A program made the position numbers and the translations under genes. A DNA stretch of 40,826 bases from a virus. Lineage: Duplodnaviria; Caudoviricetes. The notes under the pieces were generated by a model. It saw only the letters and a program-made list of their open reading frames with translations. It did no database searches and had not been told where the DNA came from. Shown here one piece after another: positions 7,858 through 17,018 of this stretch. Within the stretch, counting starts at the first letter, position 1. Each line of letters begins with the position of its first letter. The stretch lies in IMG/VR virus record IMGVR_UViG_3300044454_000113, positions 1 to 40,826 of that record. One strand, given 5' to 3'.

Positions 7858-8485
7858 CTCACTCGAAAAGCAGCGCGAATACAACCGAAGGTGGAAAGCA
7901 AAACGCACCCCGGAGAAAAGAGCGGCGGCGAGCGAAAGGCAGAAGGCCGTCAAGAAGGCTCATCCCAACTACTACGAGAAGCAGATCCGCACGAGCATGA
8001 TCTCCCGCTGCTACGCGAAGTCGAATAAGCGTTTCCACCGTTACGGCGGGCGCGGGATCACCGTCTGCGACCGCTGGCGCGAGAGCTTCGATAACTTCAT
8101 TGCCGACGTAGGGCCGCGCCCGTCGAAGGGCCACGTTCTCGACCGCATCGACAACGACGGCAACTACGAGCCGTCGAATTGCCGGTGGGTAACGTGGGCG
8201 GAAAGCTACAAGAACATGACGTACCCGATCCGCACCGTGTTCGAGGAGAACAAGCGGCTGAAAGAGGAACTCGCCCGTGCGCGGGCGGCGGAGGCGGAGA
8301 CAACCGAGAACCTCCACAACACGCAGGGGGCGTGGGTGGAGTCGCGGGCCGAACTCATGGACGCATACCGCGAGCGCGACGCTGCACGGGCGGAAGCGGC
8401 GGCGCACTTCGACATGGCGCGCGATCTCATGTCCGAGCGCGACGCCCTGCGCGCGGAGTTGGAGAAGCTGAGGGGGAAGAAGTGA
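7847..8485 (+). CDS. HNH-type homing endonuclease domain fused to coiled coil
   Basis: SMISRCY..YGGRGITVCDRW..F..F..D.G.RP...LDRIDNDGNYEPSNCRW; GAGGAG RBS before GTG 7847. Confidence 0.8.
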   Translation: MASSSLEKQREYNRRWKAKRTPEKRAAASERQKAVKKAHPNYYEKQIRTSMISRCYAKSNKRFHRYGGRGITVCDRWRESFDNFIADVGPRPSKGHVLDRIDNDGNYEPSNCRWVTWAESYKNMTYPIRTVFEENKRLKEELARARAAEAETTENLHNTQGAWVESRAELMDAYRERDAARAEAAAHFDMARDLMSERDALRAELEKLRGKK

Positions 8486-8916
8486 GCCATTTCATCGTTC
8501 GCTGCCCCAACTGCAAAGAAATCATTCGGCAATGCCGCTGCCCCGGCCCCAAGACCGAGACGTTCGAGAAGTGCGGAACGTGCCCGTCGTGCGAGGAACT
8601 CGCCATTATCGAACCGGGCGGCAGTATCGCGGACCAGATGCGCGCTCTCCGCGCCGAGAACGCGGCCCTCGCGGAACGGGTCAAGGAACTAGAAGGGCTG
8701 CTCGCGGAGAAAAGCAATATGTGGGAGCGCGTCGCCATGTTGGAGACGACGCTCGTTGACGCAACCGTGGTGGACAGGGTGTCGATGCAGGGGCGCATGG
8801 AACGGGCCGAGGCCCGCGTCGCCACGCTGGAAGCGGCGCTGCGGGAGATCGAGAAGCGCGAGTGTGACCGGCTCCACGCACGCATCGCCGCCGCCGCGCT
8901 GAAGGGGGAGAAGTGA
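8482..8916 (+). CDS. Zinc-finger plus coiled-coil protein
   Basis: CPNC..CRC..CGTCPSC followed by heptad repeats. Confidence 0.7.
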   Translation: MSHFIVRCPNCKEIIRQCRCPGPKTETFEKCGTCPSCEELAIIEPGGSIADQMRALRAENAALAERVKELEGLLAEKSNMWERVAMLETTLVDATVVDRVSMQGRMERAEARVATLEAALREIEKRECDRLHARIAAAALKGEK

Positions 8917-9005
8917 GAGACGTGTTCATCTTCATCGCCATCGTCTTCGCCGCCTTCGCCGGCCTTCGGTGGTGGTACGTCCGCAAGGGGAGGGACGTTG
9001 AATGA
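8913..9005 (+). CDS. 30-aa single-pass membrane peptide (not in ORF track)
   Basis: MRDVFIFIAIVFAAFAGLRWWYVRKGRDVE; coupled at both ends. Confidence 0.6.
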   Translation: MRDVFIFIAIVFAAFAGLRWWYVRKGRDVE

Positions 9006-9454
9006 GCACAATCACTCCGCTTGACGCCTCGGACGAGTGCGTCTCGTGGGAAGAACTCGAGCAGATGGCCGAGCGCGCCGTCAGGGCCGATCCCACGCCG
9101 ACCACGCCAGAGGAGCGACTCTACACAACCACGATGAAGCTCGAGCGGGCCCTCCTGGGCGCAGTTCTGACGGTGGGCCTTCTGCCGAAGCAGCCGCCCA
9201 GGCCGGAGGACTTCGCCCTCGAGGCGCACCGCGTCACGTGGCTGGCCGTCCTGGCCGTCGCGGCCAGGGGAGACGCGCCCGAGATCCTCCCGGTCACCTA
9301 CGAGCTCGACAAGACGCGCCAGCTCGAGCGCGCGGGCGGCGCCGTCTACGTCGCCGGGCACCTGGACTCCACGGACTGCTCGGACCTGGCGCAGTATGGA
9401 CGCCTGGTCAAGGAAGCCTCTCTCATCCGGAAGATGAATCGCCTCAAGGCATGA
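9002..9454 (+). CDS. Stand-alone DnaB N-terminal-like domain protein
   Basis: ERALLGAVL..PEDF..EAHR..W.A...A.RG...V..EL.....LERAGG.VY.A......YG.LVKEAS..RK, the DnaB NTD pattern. Confidence 0.8.
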   Translation: MSTITPLDASDECVSWEELEQMAERAVRADPTPTTPEERLYTTTMKLERALLGAVLTVGLLPKQPPRPEDFALEAHRVTWLAVLAVAARGDAPEILPVTYELDKTRQLERAGGAVYVAGHLDSTDCSDLAQYGRLVKEASLIRKMNRLKA

Positions 9455-10647
9455 AGGGCGGAAGCGTGGCGGGACGAGATGATGCACACGATCCAACACT
9501 GTCAGAACTCCAGAAAACACGCCTCGACCTCTCCCGCCGGCTGCACGAGGCCGAGGACATCGAGCGCGAGTATCTCGGCAATTCCGGAGCCTCGCCGCTC
9601 TGGCTGGAATTTGCCGACCTGTTCGACGCGGCGCTGACGCTCGGCGAGCAATACCCAACCGGGTTCCCAACCATCGACCAAGGCACGGACGGGGGGCTCG
9701 CCCGGGCAACGGTTTGCACGATTCAGGGTAAGCCAGGAATCGGCAAAACGCTGGTCGCGACACAGATCGCCCGCAATCTTGGCAAGCGATGCGCCGTGGC
9801 CTGTCTCTTCGCGGACGAGGGCCTCACCGGCTCCCGCGTGCGGATCGGTCAGCAACTCGGGATGGATCGCCGCGTGATGCGCCGACCGGACGAGGTCGCA
9901 AAGGCCCGGGCCTGCAAGGCACTCAAGGAGCAGACTGTCTTTTGGCGGTTCTTGCAGCCGCGATCGACCAACTCCACGGTCGAGTTCATGGCGCGCGACT
10001 TCGACCGGATCGCGCCGGAAGGGCTCCCGCGCGTGTGGCTGATCGACAGCGTCCAGGTCGTCAAGAGCGAAAAGACCAACCAGCGGTCGCTCCGCGAGGC
10101 GGTGTCGGACCTGGTCTGGCGCGTGGACGAGCTCGCGGACGAATACAAGGCGATCGTCCTCCTGATCTCCCACGTCAACCGCGGGTCGTATTCGAAGAAG
10201 AACAAGGACGAGCGGGTCGAGGATCTGGCCGCCGGCGCGGAGTCGGCCGCAATCGAACGAGCCTCGGAGCTGATCCTCCACGTCGACGGCGATCCGAAGG
10301 AGAAGATCGAGATCCGGGTGCCGAAAAACAGGTACACGGGGGAGATTTTCTCAACCTGGTGCACCGCGGACTTCCCGACGGCGACATACCACGAGGTCGA
10401 CCCGGTCACGGTCGAGGCCGCCCAGGCGACGGCCGTCTCGGAGCGGCACAGGGTACTCGAGGAGCGGATCGACGACCTGCTCAAGACGCAGCCGGATGGC
10501 TACCTCACGGGGACGGTGAAGGCGCGCATCAAGGCCCGGGCGGCTGACGTCCTGGCGGCCCTGAACCGGATGGCGGACGACGGGAGGCTGGTCATGGACG
10601 AATTGCCGAGAGGGGGACAGCGGTGGAAAAGGAGCACGCGGCGATGA
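9451..10647 (+). CDS. DnaB-like SF4 helicase ATPase with C-terminal winged-helix-like region
   Basis: PTGFPTID..GGL, Walker A GKPGIGKT, WLIDSVQ, LISHVNR, IE.AS, KNR; ATGA start at 9451. Confidence 0.85.
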   Translation: MKGGSVAGRDDAHDPTLSELQKTRLDLSRRLHEAEDIEREYLGNSGASPLWLEFADLFDAALTLGEQYPTGFPTIDQGTDGGLARATVCTIQGKPGIGKTLVATQIARNLGKRCAVACLFADEGLTGSRVRIGQQLGMDRRVMRRPDEVAKARACKALKEQTVFWRFLQPRSTNSTVEFMARDFDRIAPEGLPRVWLIDSVQVVKSEKTNQRSLREAVSDLVWRVDELADEYKAIVLLISHVNRGSYSKKNKDERVEDLAAGAESAAIERASELILHVDGDPKEKIEIRVPKNRYTGEIFSTWCTADFPTATYHEVDPVTVEAAQATAVSERHRVLEERIDDLLKTQPDGYLTGTVKARIKARAADVLAALNRMADDGRLVMDELPRGGQRWKRSTRR

Positions 10648-10817
10648 GCGAAGATCGAGGTGTTCCCACCCGTTCCCGAAGCATTCCCGGAATGGAGGTT
10701 GAGGCGTTCCCGGAACGGGTGGTGTTACGGAGTAACCACCCACCCGTGACGGGGACAACGTGCTCGTCGGAATTACTGAGATGTTCCCGCGGGAACGGGA
10801 ACGGGTCGAAGCGATGA
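10644..10817 (+). CDS. Short ORF spanning the putative origin
   Basis: AAGGAG RBS, ATGA overlaps at both ends; product has no recognisable motif. Confidence 0.4.
   Translation: MSEDRGVPTRSRSIPGMEVEAFPERVVLRSNHPPVTGTTCSSELLRCSRGNGNGSKR
10661..10806. repeat. Cluster of GTTCCC/GGGAAC palindromes, putative replication origin
   Basis: Palindromes CATTCC-C-GGAATG 10682-10694, CGTTCC-C-GGAACG 10705-10717 and GTTCCCGCGGGAAC 10783-10796; 11-bp inverted repeat at 10668-10678 / 10796-10806. Confidence 0.6.
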
Positions 10818-11086
10818 GCCGCCGCCCCGAAGGCATCCACGGCGCCCCGCCTCCGCCAGATGGGTTCTTCGGCCTCACCCAATGGCGCCGGATCGACGAC
10901 GGGGAGGCAAGGGCGGCCAGGGCCCGCTTTGCCCTCTCTCTGGCCGCACAGGGCATCCTGACGCTCGAGCAGGAGTTCAACGGCTTCGTCCGGCTCTGTC
11001 GCGGAGGGGAGGAGGCAATCTCGGACTACGGCCTCCGCGAGCGTGCCTGGAAGCGCGGGCAGCGAAAAACCCCGAATAACCCGTAG
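10814..11086 (+). CDS. Hypothetical protein
   Basis: ATGA-coupled start at 10814. Confidence 0.55.
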   Translation: MSRRPEGIHGAPPPPDGFFGLTQWRRIDDGEARAARARFALSLAAQGILTLEQEFNGFVRLCRGGEEAISDYGLRERAWKRGQRKTPNNP

Positions 11087-11104
11087 CAGAGCGGGCGGGA
11101 AGGC

Positions 11105-11554
11105 ATGAACCTTTCCGTCAGGATGGGAGCCTCAGAGCACGCTCCGCGGTCAGACGCCAGTCCGGTCAGCGGCGTGGCGCCTCCAGTCGAGACGCGATGG
11201 CAACCCGGCGCGAGCGCCAACCCAGGCGGCCGGCCGAAGCTGATGCGCTCGCCGTCGCGTGCACTCGCGGATCTGAACGACACGGCCGGCGACTCAACGG
11301 CCGAGATCGTCGAGAACTACAAGGCCGCTCGTCGTGCGACGCCGATGGGCCTGGTTGGCGCGGATCACAAGGCAATCGCGATGTTCCGCGCCGAGAGTGA
11401 TCCGGACCGCCGCACGCACGTGAGCGCGTTCGAGGCCGCGACCGATCGGCTCGAGGGCAAGGTCACACAGCCGATTCATCAGGAGAGCGTCGGCACGGTT
11501 CGGTTCGTCTTTGGCAACGCGGGCGGCCCGCGGGACGAGGGCGAAGCGGAGTGA
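11105..11554 (+). CDS. terS: Terminase small subunit (DUF5681-like motif)
   Basis: RWQPGASANPGGRPK and DRLEGKV.Q motifs; immediately upstream of TerL. Confidence 0.75.
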   Translation: MNLSVRMGASEHAPRSDASPVSGVAPPVETRWQPGASANPGGRPKLMRSPSRALADLNDTAGDSTAEIVENYKAARRATPMGLVGADHKAIAMFRAESDPDRRTHVSAFEAATDRLEGKVTQPIHQESVGTVRFVFGNAGGPRDEGEAE

Positions 11555-12816
11555 AGGAATCCGTTCGCTACCTTCCGCCTCTTCACGATTCGCAACACGA
11601 AGTCTTTTGCGATCCGGCCCGCTTCAAGGTTTGCTTCTGCGGCCGGCGGTGGGGGAAGACCGAGCTCGGCGTCGACGAGATCATCCGCGGCGCCACGACG
11701 CAGCCGGGACTCTACTGGTGGGTTGGTCTGACCTGGCAGAGCGCGTCGATGAAGCGCGCATGGCGGTTGCTGAAGCAGCGGTTTCGCGGCGTTGCGGAAA
11801 TCAAGGAATCGACGCACGAGATCATCCTCGGCAACGGCTCGGAGATTTGGATGCGAACGGCCGAGCGCGAAGACTCGCTCGACGGCGAGGCGTTGCGAGG
11901 CGTCGTTCTCGACGAGTTCACGCTCATGGGCTCGCGCGTCTGGGCCGAACACATCCGCGCATCGCTGTCGGACTTCAGGGGATGGGCGCTATTCATCGGC
12001 GTTCCGAAGGGCCGCAATTGGGCCTACGCGCTCTGGACGCGCTGCCAGAACGAATCGCTCGGCGAGTGGAAGGGATGGCAGCGGCCGACGAAAGACAACC
12101 CGTTCATCCCGGCCGACGAGATCGAATCGGCGCGGAACGACATGGCCGAACTCCTCTACGCCCAGGAATACGAGGCCGAGATCATCGACGACAACGGGAG
12201 TGTGTTTCGCCGCATCCTCGAGGCGGCAACGGTCGTTCAGGTCGACGGGCCGGTCGCTGATCACTCCTACGTCGTCGGCGTCGATTGGGGCAAGACGAAC
12301 GACTTCACCGTCGTGACCGTGATCGACGAGACGACGCGTGAGATCGTGAAGCTCGACCGCTTCAACCAGATCGACTACACGATCCAGAAGTCTCGGCTCG
12401 TTGCGCTCGTCGACCGCTTCAGGCCGGTCATGGTGATCGCCGAAGTGAACAGCATGGGCGCCCCGCTGATCGACGATCTCAAGAAGTCGATCCCGATCCG
12501 GCCGTTCACGACGACCAACGCATCGAAGACGCAGGCGATCGAGGCGCTCGCGCTCGCCTTCGAACGCGGCGAGATCAAGATTCCGGAACGCGGGCCGCAC
12601 GCAGCGACGCTCATTGCCGAGCTCCAGGCGTATACGCAGGAGCGGATGGCGTCCGGCCTGATGCGTTTCGGGGCGCCCGAGGGCGGTCACGACGACATGG
12701 TCATGTCCGCAGCGTTCGCCTGGCACGGCGCGTCGGGCGGCGGCATGTCGAACCCGGGATGGGTCCGGATCTTCCGCCAGCACGCCGAGCAGAAGCGCAA
12801 GGAGGCGGTCGCGTGA
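11551..12816 (+). CDS. terL: Terminase large subunit
   Basis: LHDSQ, Walker A GRRWGKT, Walker B VVLDE, PKGRN, GVDWG, HDDMVMS. Confidence 0.95.
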   Translation: MKESVRYLPPLHDSQHEVFCDPARFKVCFCGRRWGKTELGVDEIIRGATTQPGLYWWVGLTWQSASMKRAWRLLKQRFRGVAEIKESTHEIILGNGSEIWMRTAEREDSLDGEALRGVVLDEFTLMGSRVWAEHIRASLSDFRGWALFIGVPKGRNWAYALWTRCQNESLGEWKGWQRPTKDNPFIPADEIESARNDMAELLYAQEYEAEIIDDNGSVFRRILEAATVVQVDGPVADHSYVVGVDWGKTNDFTVVTVIDETTREIVKLDRFNQIDYTIQKSRLVALVDRFRPVMVIAEVNSMGAPLIDDLKKSIPIRPFTTTNASKTQAIEALALAFERGEIKIPERGPHAATLIAELQAYTQERMASGLMRFGAPEGGHDDMVMSAAFAWHGASGGGMSNPGWVRIFRQHAEQKRKEAVA

Positions 12817-13031
12817 GGGTCGTCAACCTCGAGCTCGCGAATGGCGTCCGGCTGGTCGGCGTCACGGTCCCGGACGATGCGATCGCGGTAAAGGTGGCCG
12901 GCGAGCGGATCGAGCTCGCCGCGGATGACGGGCTCGAGCTCGAGCGGCCGGCCGAGGTCGAACTCGAGGCGCGGCGGATGCGGATCGACGAGGCGCTCAA
13001 GCGGCCGTTCTTCGGGGCGGACGAATGGTAA
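12813..13031 (+). CDS. Hypothetical protein
   Basis: AAGGAGG RBS, GTGA overlap. Confidence 0.65.
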   Translation: MRVVNLELANGVRLVGVTVPDDAIAVKVAGERIELAADDGLELERPAEVELEARRMRIDEALKRPFFGADEW

Positions 13032-13041
13032 GGAGCAAGCG

Positions 13042-13791
13042 ATGACGTTTTTCAGACAGTCGATCGGTGGACTCCCGGGCGGGCCCGGCTCGAGATCGGA
13101 CGGCGTCACGCTGTACGGTCTCGACGACACGATCGGGGCGCTCATCCCCGGACCCGGCATGTCGGACGCGCAGATTTCGCTCGGCGGGTTCACTCCGGCC
13201 GCGACGGACGGGCGGATGCTGACGAACTTCGGCATCCCGCTCGTGGCCGACGCGTACCAGCGGGCGGCCGGAACGGCCTACAACACATCGGTCGCGGCGA
13301 CGAACGTCGAGGGTGCGCTCTCGGGCCCGACGGTCTACCCGCTCTCGCTCGCGACCGCCCCCGGGACACTCGCGGCGGGGCGGCTCAACCTCCTCGGGCG
13401 AACGCTTTGGGTCCGCGGATGGGGACAGATGACGAACACGGCGACCCCGACACTCGCGATGGCGGTCGTTCTTGGCTCGACCGTGATCGCGACGACCGGC
13501 GTTCAGACGACGGTGGCGATCACCGGGACGACACTCTGGCGGTTCGAGGCGGAAATCACGACGAGAGTCGTCGGCGCGTCGGGGACGCTTTTCGGTTCCG
13601 GCACGTTCACCTACTGGTCGACGGGGCCGACGGTTGGCGTGCTCTGGCAAGTTGCGAACCCGACGCCGTTCACGGCGGTGACGCTCGACCTCACGGCAGC
13701 CTACGCGCTCCATCTCCAGGCGACGTGGGGAACGTCGTCGGGATCGAACAATCTGACGGTGCACCAACTCGCGGCCGGGCTCATCGGCTAA
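13042..13791 (+). CDS. Putative virion protein with beta-sandwich C-domain resembling the tip of the 1731-aa fibre
   Basis: TAAGGAG RBS; Thr/Gly-rich beta protein; internal similarity to 25720-26218. Confidence 0.6.
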   Translation: MTFFRQSIGGLPGGPGSRSDGVTLYGLDDTIGALIPGPGMSDAQISLGGFTPAATDGRMLTNFGIPLVADAYQRAAGTAYNTSVAATNVEGALSGPTVYPLSLATAPGTLAAGRLNLLGRTLWVRGWGQMTNTATPTLAMAVVLGSTVIATTGVQTTVAITGTTLWRFEAEITTRVVGASGTLFGSGTFTYWSTGPTVGVLWQVANPTPFTAVTLDLTAAYALHLQATWGTSSGSNNLTVHQLAAGLIG

Positions 13792-13802
13792 GGGGCGGAA
13801 GC

Positions 13803-15692
13803 ATGGCGGGACGATTCGCACAAGCGAAAGCGGACGGGACCTATCGACCGGGGACGGGCGGAGCGCCGGCGGGCGGGCAGTTCGTCCCGGCCGGCATGGT
13901 TGCGGCCGCGTCGGCGTTCGGTGCGGGCTCGGCCCCGTACGGCACGCCAGGCTCGAGCCTGCTCTACGACGCGTGGGGGCGGCCGCTCCCGTGGGACGCG
14001 TTCCGTTCGCCGATCGACGGGGGCCCGGGCGTTCCGATCCAGCCGAGGTTCCCGGATCCGAGGCGCTCGCCGCGCGAGTTTGAGTTCAACCCGGGATGGA
14101 ACCTTGTAGTCACGCCGCGGACCGAGTCGCAGATGACGCGGTTCGCGGAGCTTCGGGCGCTCGCCGACACGTGCCCGTATATCCGGATCGCGATCAACCA
14201 TCGCAAGAAGCAAATCCGCGGGATGAAGTGGGACATCTCGCATCGTGACGCGAAGACTCCGTCGGCAAAGAAGGAGTTCGCAACCGAGATCGACCGAGTG
14301 AAGGAGTTCTTCGAGAAGCCGAACCGGATTGACGGTCTGCGGTTCGGCGAGTGGATCGGCCAGGCGATTGAGGAAGTGCTTATCACCGACGCGTTGACGT
14401 TCTTCAAGGCGCCGACGATGGACGGGAACGACCTCCATTCGCTCGTTCAGATCGACGGCGCGACGATCAAGCTCCTGATCGACGAGTTCGCGCACGTCGT
14501 CGGCTACCAGCAAATCATCTATGGCTATCCGACGACGCAGTATCGGACCGAGCCGGTCGAGCAGGTCATCCGGTCAGCCGAGGAGCTCGACGGACGGATC
14601 CTGTATCTCGTCTCAAACCCGGCCGTCGACAATGTCTACGGCACGGCGCCGGTCGAGGAGATCCGCCCGATCGTCGACCTGGCGATCCGGCGCATCGCCC
14701 GCCAGTTGTCCTGGTACACGGACGGCACCGTCCCGGAATCGTTCCTTGAGTCGCCCGCCGATTGGGATCTCGAAACGATCAAGAGCGCCCAGGAGTATTC
14801 GAACAGCCTGAACGATTACGCCGAGCGTTCTCAGATGCGCTGGCTGCCGGCCGGGACGAAATACATCCCGACGAAGCCGTACCAATACTCCAAGGACGAG
14901 GAAGAGGCGATCATCTCGGCCGTTTGCGCGCACATGGGCGTGTCGCGCTCGCTATTCGTCGCCCAGGTGAACCGTGCGACCGCCGAGAACGACCGGAACG
15001 TCTCATCGGACGTCGGCCTCAAGCCGAACCTTCAGTTCTTCAAGGACTGGATCGACGACGTCATACAGGGCGATCTCGACGCACCGGATCTGGAGTTCAC
15101 TTGGGTCGACGAGCCGAGCGGATCCGAGAAGGAGAACGCCGAGGCGCTCTCGCTCTACGTCTCGTCGGGGATCCTCACGGTCGACGAGGTTCGGGCCGAG
15201 AAGGGCCTCGACCCGATCCCGGAGAGTGAAAAGCCGAAACCGCCCGCGGCGTTCGGCCTCCCGATGGCAATCGGGCCGGACGGGAAGCCCATCGCGCCGG
15301 CAGCGGCCGCCCCTGGAGGGCCGAAGGCGCCCAGGGCGAAGGCCCCGGCCGAGCCGCCAGCGGACGAGCCCGCGCAGAAGGCGGAGCTCGCGGCCTGGGA
15401 GCGGTTCGCGCGCAAGCGGCTCGAGAAGGGCCGGCACGTCGCAGAATTTACGATTGCCGCTCTCCCGAAGGCCGTCGCGGACTTCGTTGTCCGGGATCTC
15501 AAGAACGCGAGGACCGACGCGGAAGTCCGCGGCGTCTTCGGAGCGGCGCGTGAGGAGCTCGCAAAGGCAACCGCCTCGAGGAAGTCCTACGAGCTCGAGA
15601 TCAAGTCGAAGGTTCATCGGATGCTCGACCGCGAGAAGGCGCAGCTGCTCGAACGCGTCAAGGCGAAGCTGAAGCCGAGGGCGGCCGCATGA
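13803..15692 (+). CDS. Portal protein with C-terminal extension
   Basis: FAELRALAD, IDGATIK, YQQ, YGTAPVE, QVNRATAE, GILTVDEVRAEKGLDP; position after TerL. Confidence 0.92.
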   Translation: MAGRFAQAKADGTYRPGTGGAPAGGQFVPAGMVAAASAFGAGSAPYGTPGSSLLYDAWGRPLPWDAFRSPIDGGPGVPIQPRFPDPRRSPREFEFNPGWNLVVTPRTESQMTRFAELRALADTCPYIRIAINHRKKQIRGMKWDISHRDAKTPSAKKEFATEIDRVKEFFEKPNRIDGLRFGEWIGQAIEEVLITDALTFFKAPTMDGNDLHSLVQIDGATIKLLIDEFAHVVGYQQIIYGYPTTQYRTEPVEQVIRSAEELDGRILYLVSNPAVDNVYGTAPVEEIRPIVDLAIRRIARQLSWYTDGTVPESFLESPADWDLETIKSAQEYSNSLNDYAERSQMRWLPAGTKYIPTKPYQYSKDEEEAIISAVCAHMGVSRSLFVAQVNRATAENDRNVSSDVGLKPNLQFFKDWIDDVIQGDLDAPDLEFTWVDEPSGSEKENAEALSLYVSSGILTVDEVRAEKGLDPIPESEKPKPPAAFGLPMAIGPDGKPIAPAAAAPGGPKAPRAKAPAEPPADEPAQKAELAAWERFARKRLEKGRHVAEFTIAALPKAVADFVVRDLKNARTDAEVRGVFGAAREELAKATASRKSYELEIKSKVHRMLDREKAQLLERVKAKLKPRAAA

Positions 15693-16384
15693 GACTCGAG
15701 ACGATCACCGTCCTCGACACCCTCGAGCGCGTCAACCCGGCCGTTCTCGCGGCGGCCCTCCGGCAGATCGAGAAGGCCGACGACGACCTCTGGGACGCCG
15801 CGATCGCCGAGGAGGGGGCCCGCTCGGTCATGCCGGCCCTCCGCGGGGCGTTCCGGGCCGGGGCGAAGGACGCCATCGCGCGGTTCGAGCTTGGCATCGA
15901 CTTCGACGTCGTCGAGCCGCGGGCCGTCGAGTACGGCGAGCTCAGGGGCGCCGAGCTCATCGGCAAGAAGTGGGTCGACGGCGTCCTGGTCGACAACCCG
16001 AAGGCCGAGTGGGTGATCGAGCAGACGACCCGCGAGGCCGTGCGCGACATGGTCCGCGAGGCGGTCCGGGACGGCTGGAGCATGGACGACTTCGCGGGGC
16101 GGCTCGAGGAGTCGGGCGTGTTCTCCGAGTCGCGAGCGGAGATGATCGCGCGCACCGAGACGGCGATCGCCGAGAACCGCGGCCACGCTGCGGCGTTTCG
16201 CGAAGAGGGCGTCGAGCTCGTCTACATCTACGACGGCGACTATGACGAGGAGTGCCAGGCCGCGAACGGAGAGGTCTGGACCCTCGAGGAGTTCGAGGCG
16301 AATCCGATCGAGCATCCGAATTGTTTACGTGACGCCCGGCCCCTGACGGAGTCGGAGCTCGCGGAAGAGGAGGGGGAACCATGA
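15689..16384 (+). CDS. Head morphogenesis / MuF (SPP1 gp7-like) protein
   Basis: SESRAEMIARTE, EC...NG, HPNC.R; located after the portal. Confidence 0.88.
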   Translation: MRLETITVLDTLERVNPAVLAAALRQIEKADDDLWDAAIAEEGARSVMPALRGAFRAGAKDAIARFELGIDFDVVEPRAVEYGELRGAELIGKKWVDGVLVDNPKAEWVIEQTTREAVRDMVREAVRDGWSMDDFAGRLEESGVFSESRAEMIARTETAIAENRGHAAAFREEGVELVYIYDGDYDEECQAANGEVWTLEEFEANPIEHPNCLRDARPLTESELAEEEGEP

Positions 16385-16599
16385 TGGCAAACGAGGCGAA
16401 CAGGCCGCCGGACTATTGGCAGGACGTCGAGAACATCCCGATCGGGGCCGACGTCATCTACACCGGCGCGAAGGGCGAGCGGGGGATCGGGATCGCCGCG
16501 CGCGATCCTCAGAAGAAGACCCTGACCGACACGCGGGGCCGTGTGATCGCTTTCGGGGACCGTCCCGACGAGCCGGCTCCGGTAGAGGCCGAGGGGTAG
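16381..16599 (+). CDS. Hypothetical protein
   Basis: GGAGG RBS, ATGA overlap. Confidence 0.6.
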   Translation: MMANEANRPPDYWQDVENIPIGADVIYTGAKGERGIGIAARDPQKKTLTDTRGRVIAFGDRPDEPAPVEAEG

Positions 16600-16601
16600 G
16601 G

Positions 16602-17018
16602 ATGCTCAACCTTCGCCGGGCCGTCGTCCGCGTTACACGGGCGCGGCGCCTCCGATTCCTCCCGGAGCTCGGCGGTCCGGCGATTTTCTCGCCGCTCCCG
16701 CTCCGGCGTGCGATGGCGGCGCTCTCGGCGATGCTTCTCATCGGGTGCTCGAGCTACGCCGCGAAAACGGCCGCGACGATCGGGACGCGCGAGCTCGAGC
16801 GGGACTTCTACGCGGCCCGCTACGCCGAGGCATGCCACGTCACGATGCCGCCGGCCTGGTGTTACGGGACCGACGTCGCGCTCGACGCCTACGCCCGGCA
16901 CCTGAACGAGGCGCTCCTGGCGGCCGAGCTCGTCCGGAAGACGAACGCCAGGATGCCGCTCCAGCTCGAGCTTCTCGATGCCGACTCGAAGGGCCTCCGC
17001 GAGCGGGTGAAACCGTGA
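16602..17018 (+). CDS. Putative lipoprotein (spanin-like candidate)
   Basis: Arg-rich n-region and AMAALSAMLLIG|C lipobox; helical mature region with a Cys pair. Confidence 0.6.
   Translation: MLNLRRAVVRVTRARRLRFLPELGGPAIFSPLPLRRAMAALSAMLLIGCSSYAAKTAATIGTRELERDFYAARYAEACHVTMPPAWCYGTDVALDAYARHLNEALLAAELVRKTNARMPLQLELLDADSKGLRERVKP

Noticed and set aside
9037-9450. Long N-terminal extensions given by the ORF track (also 2479, 3341, 13407, 28637, 30777, 34575)
   Set aside because: They overlap genuine upstream genes in another frame; coupled starts with RBS lie downstream.
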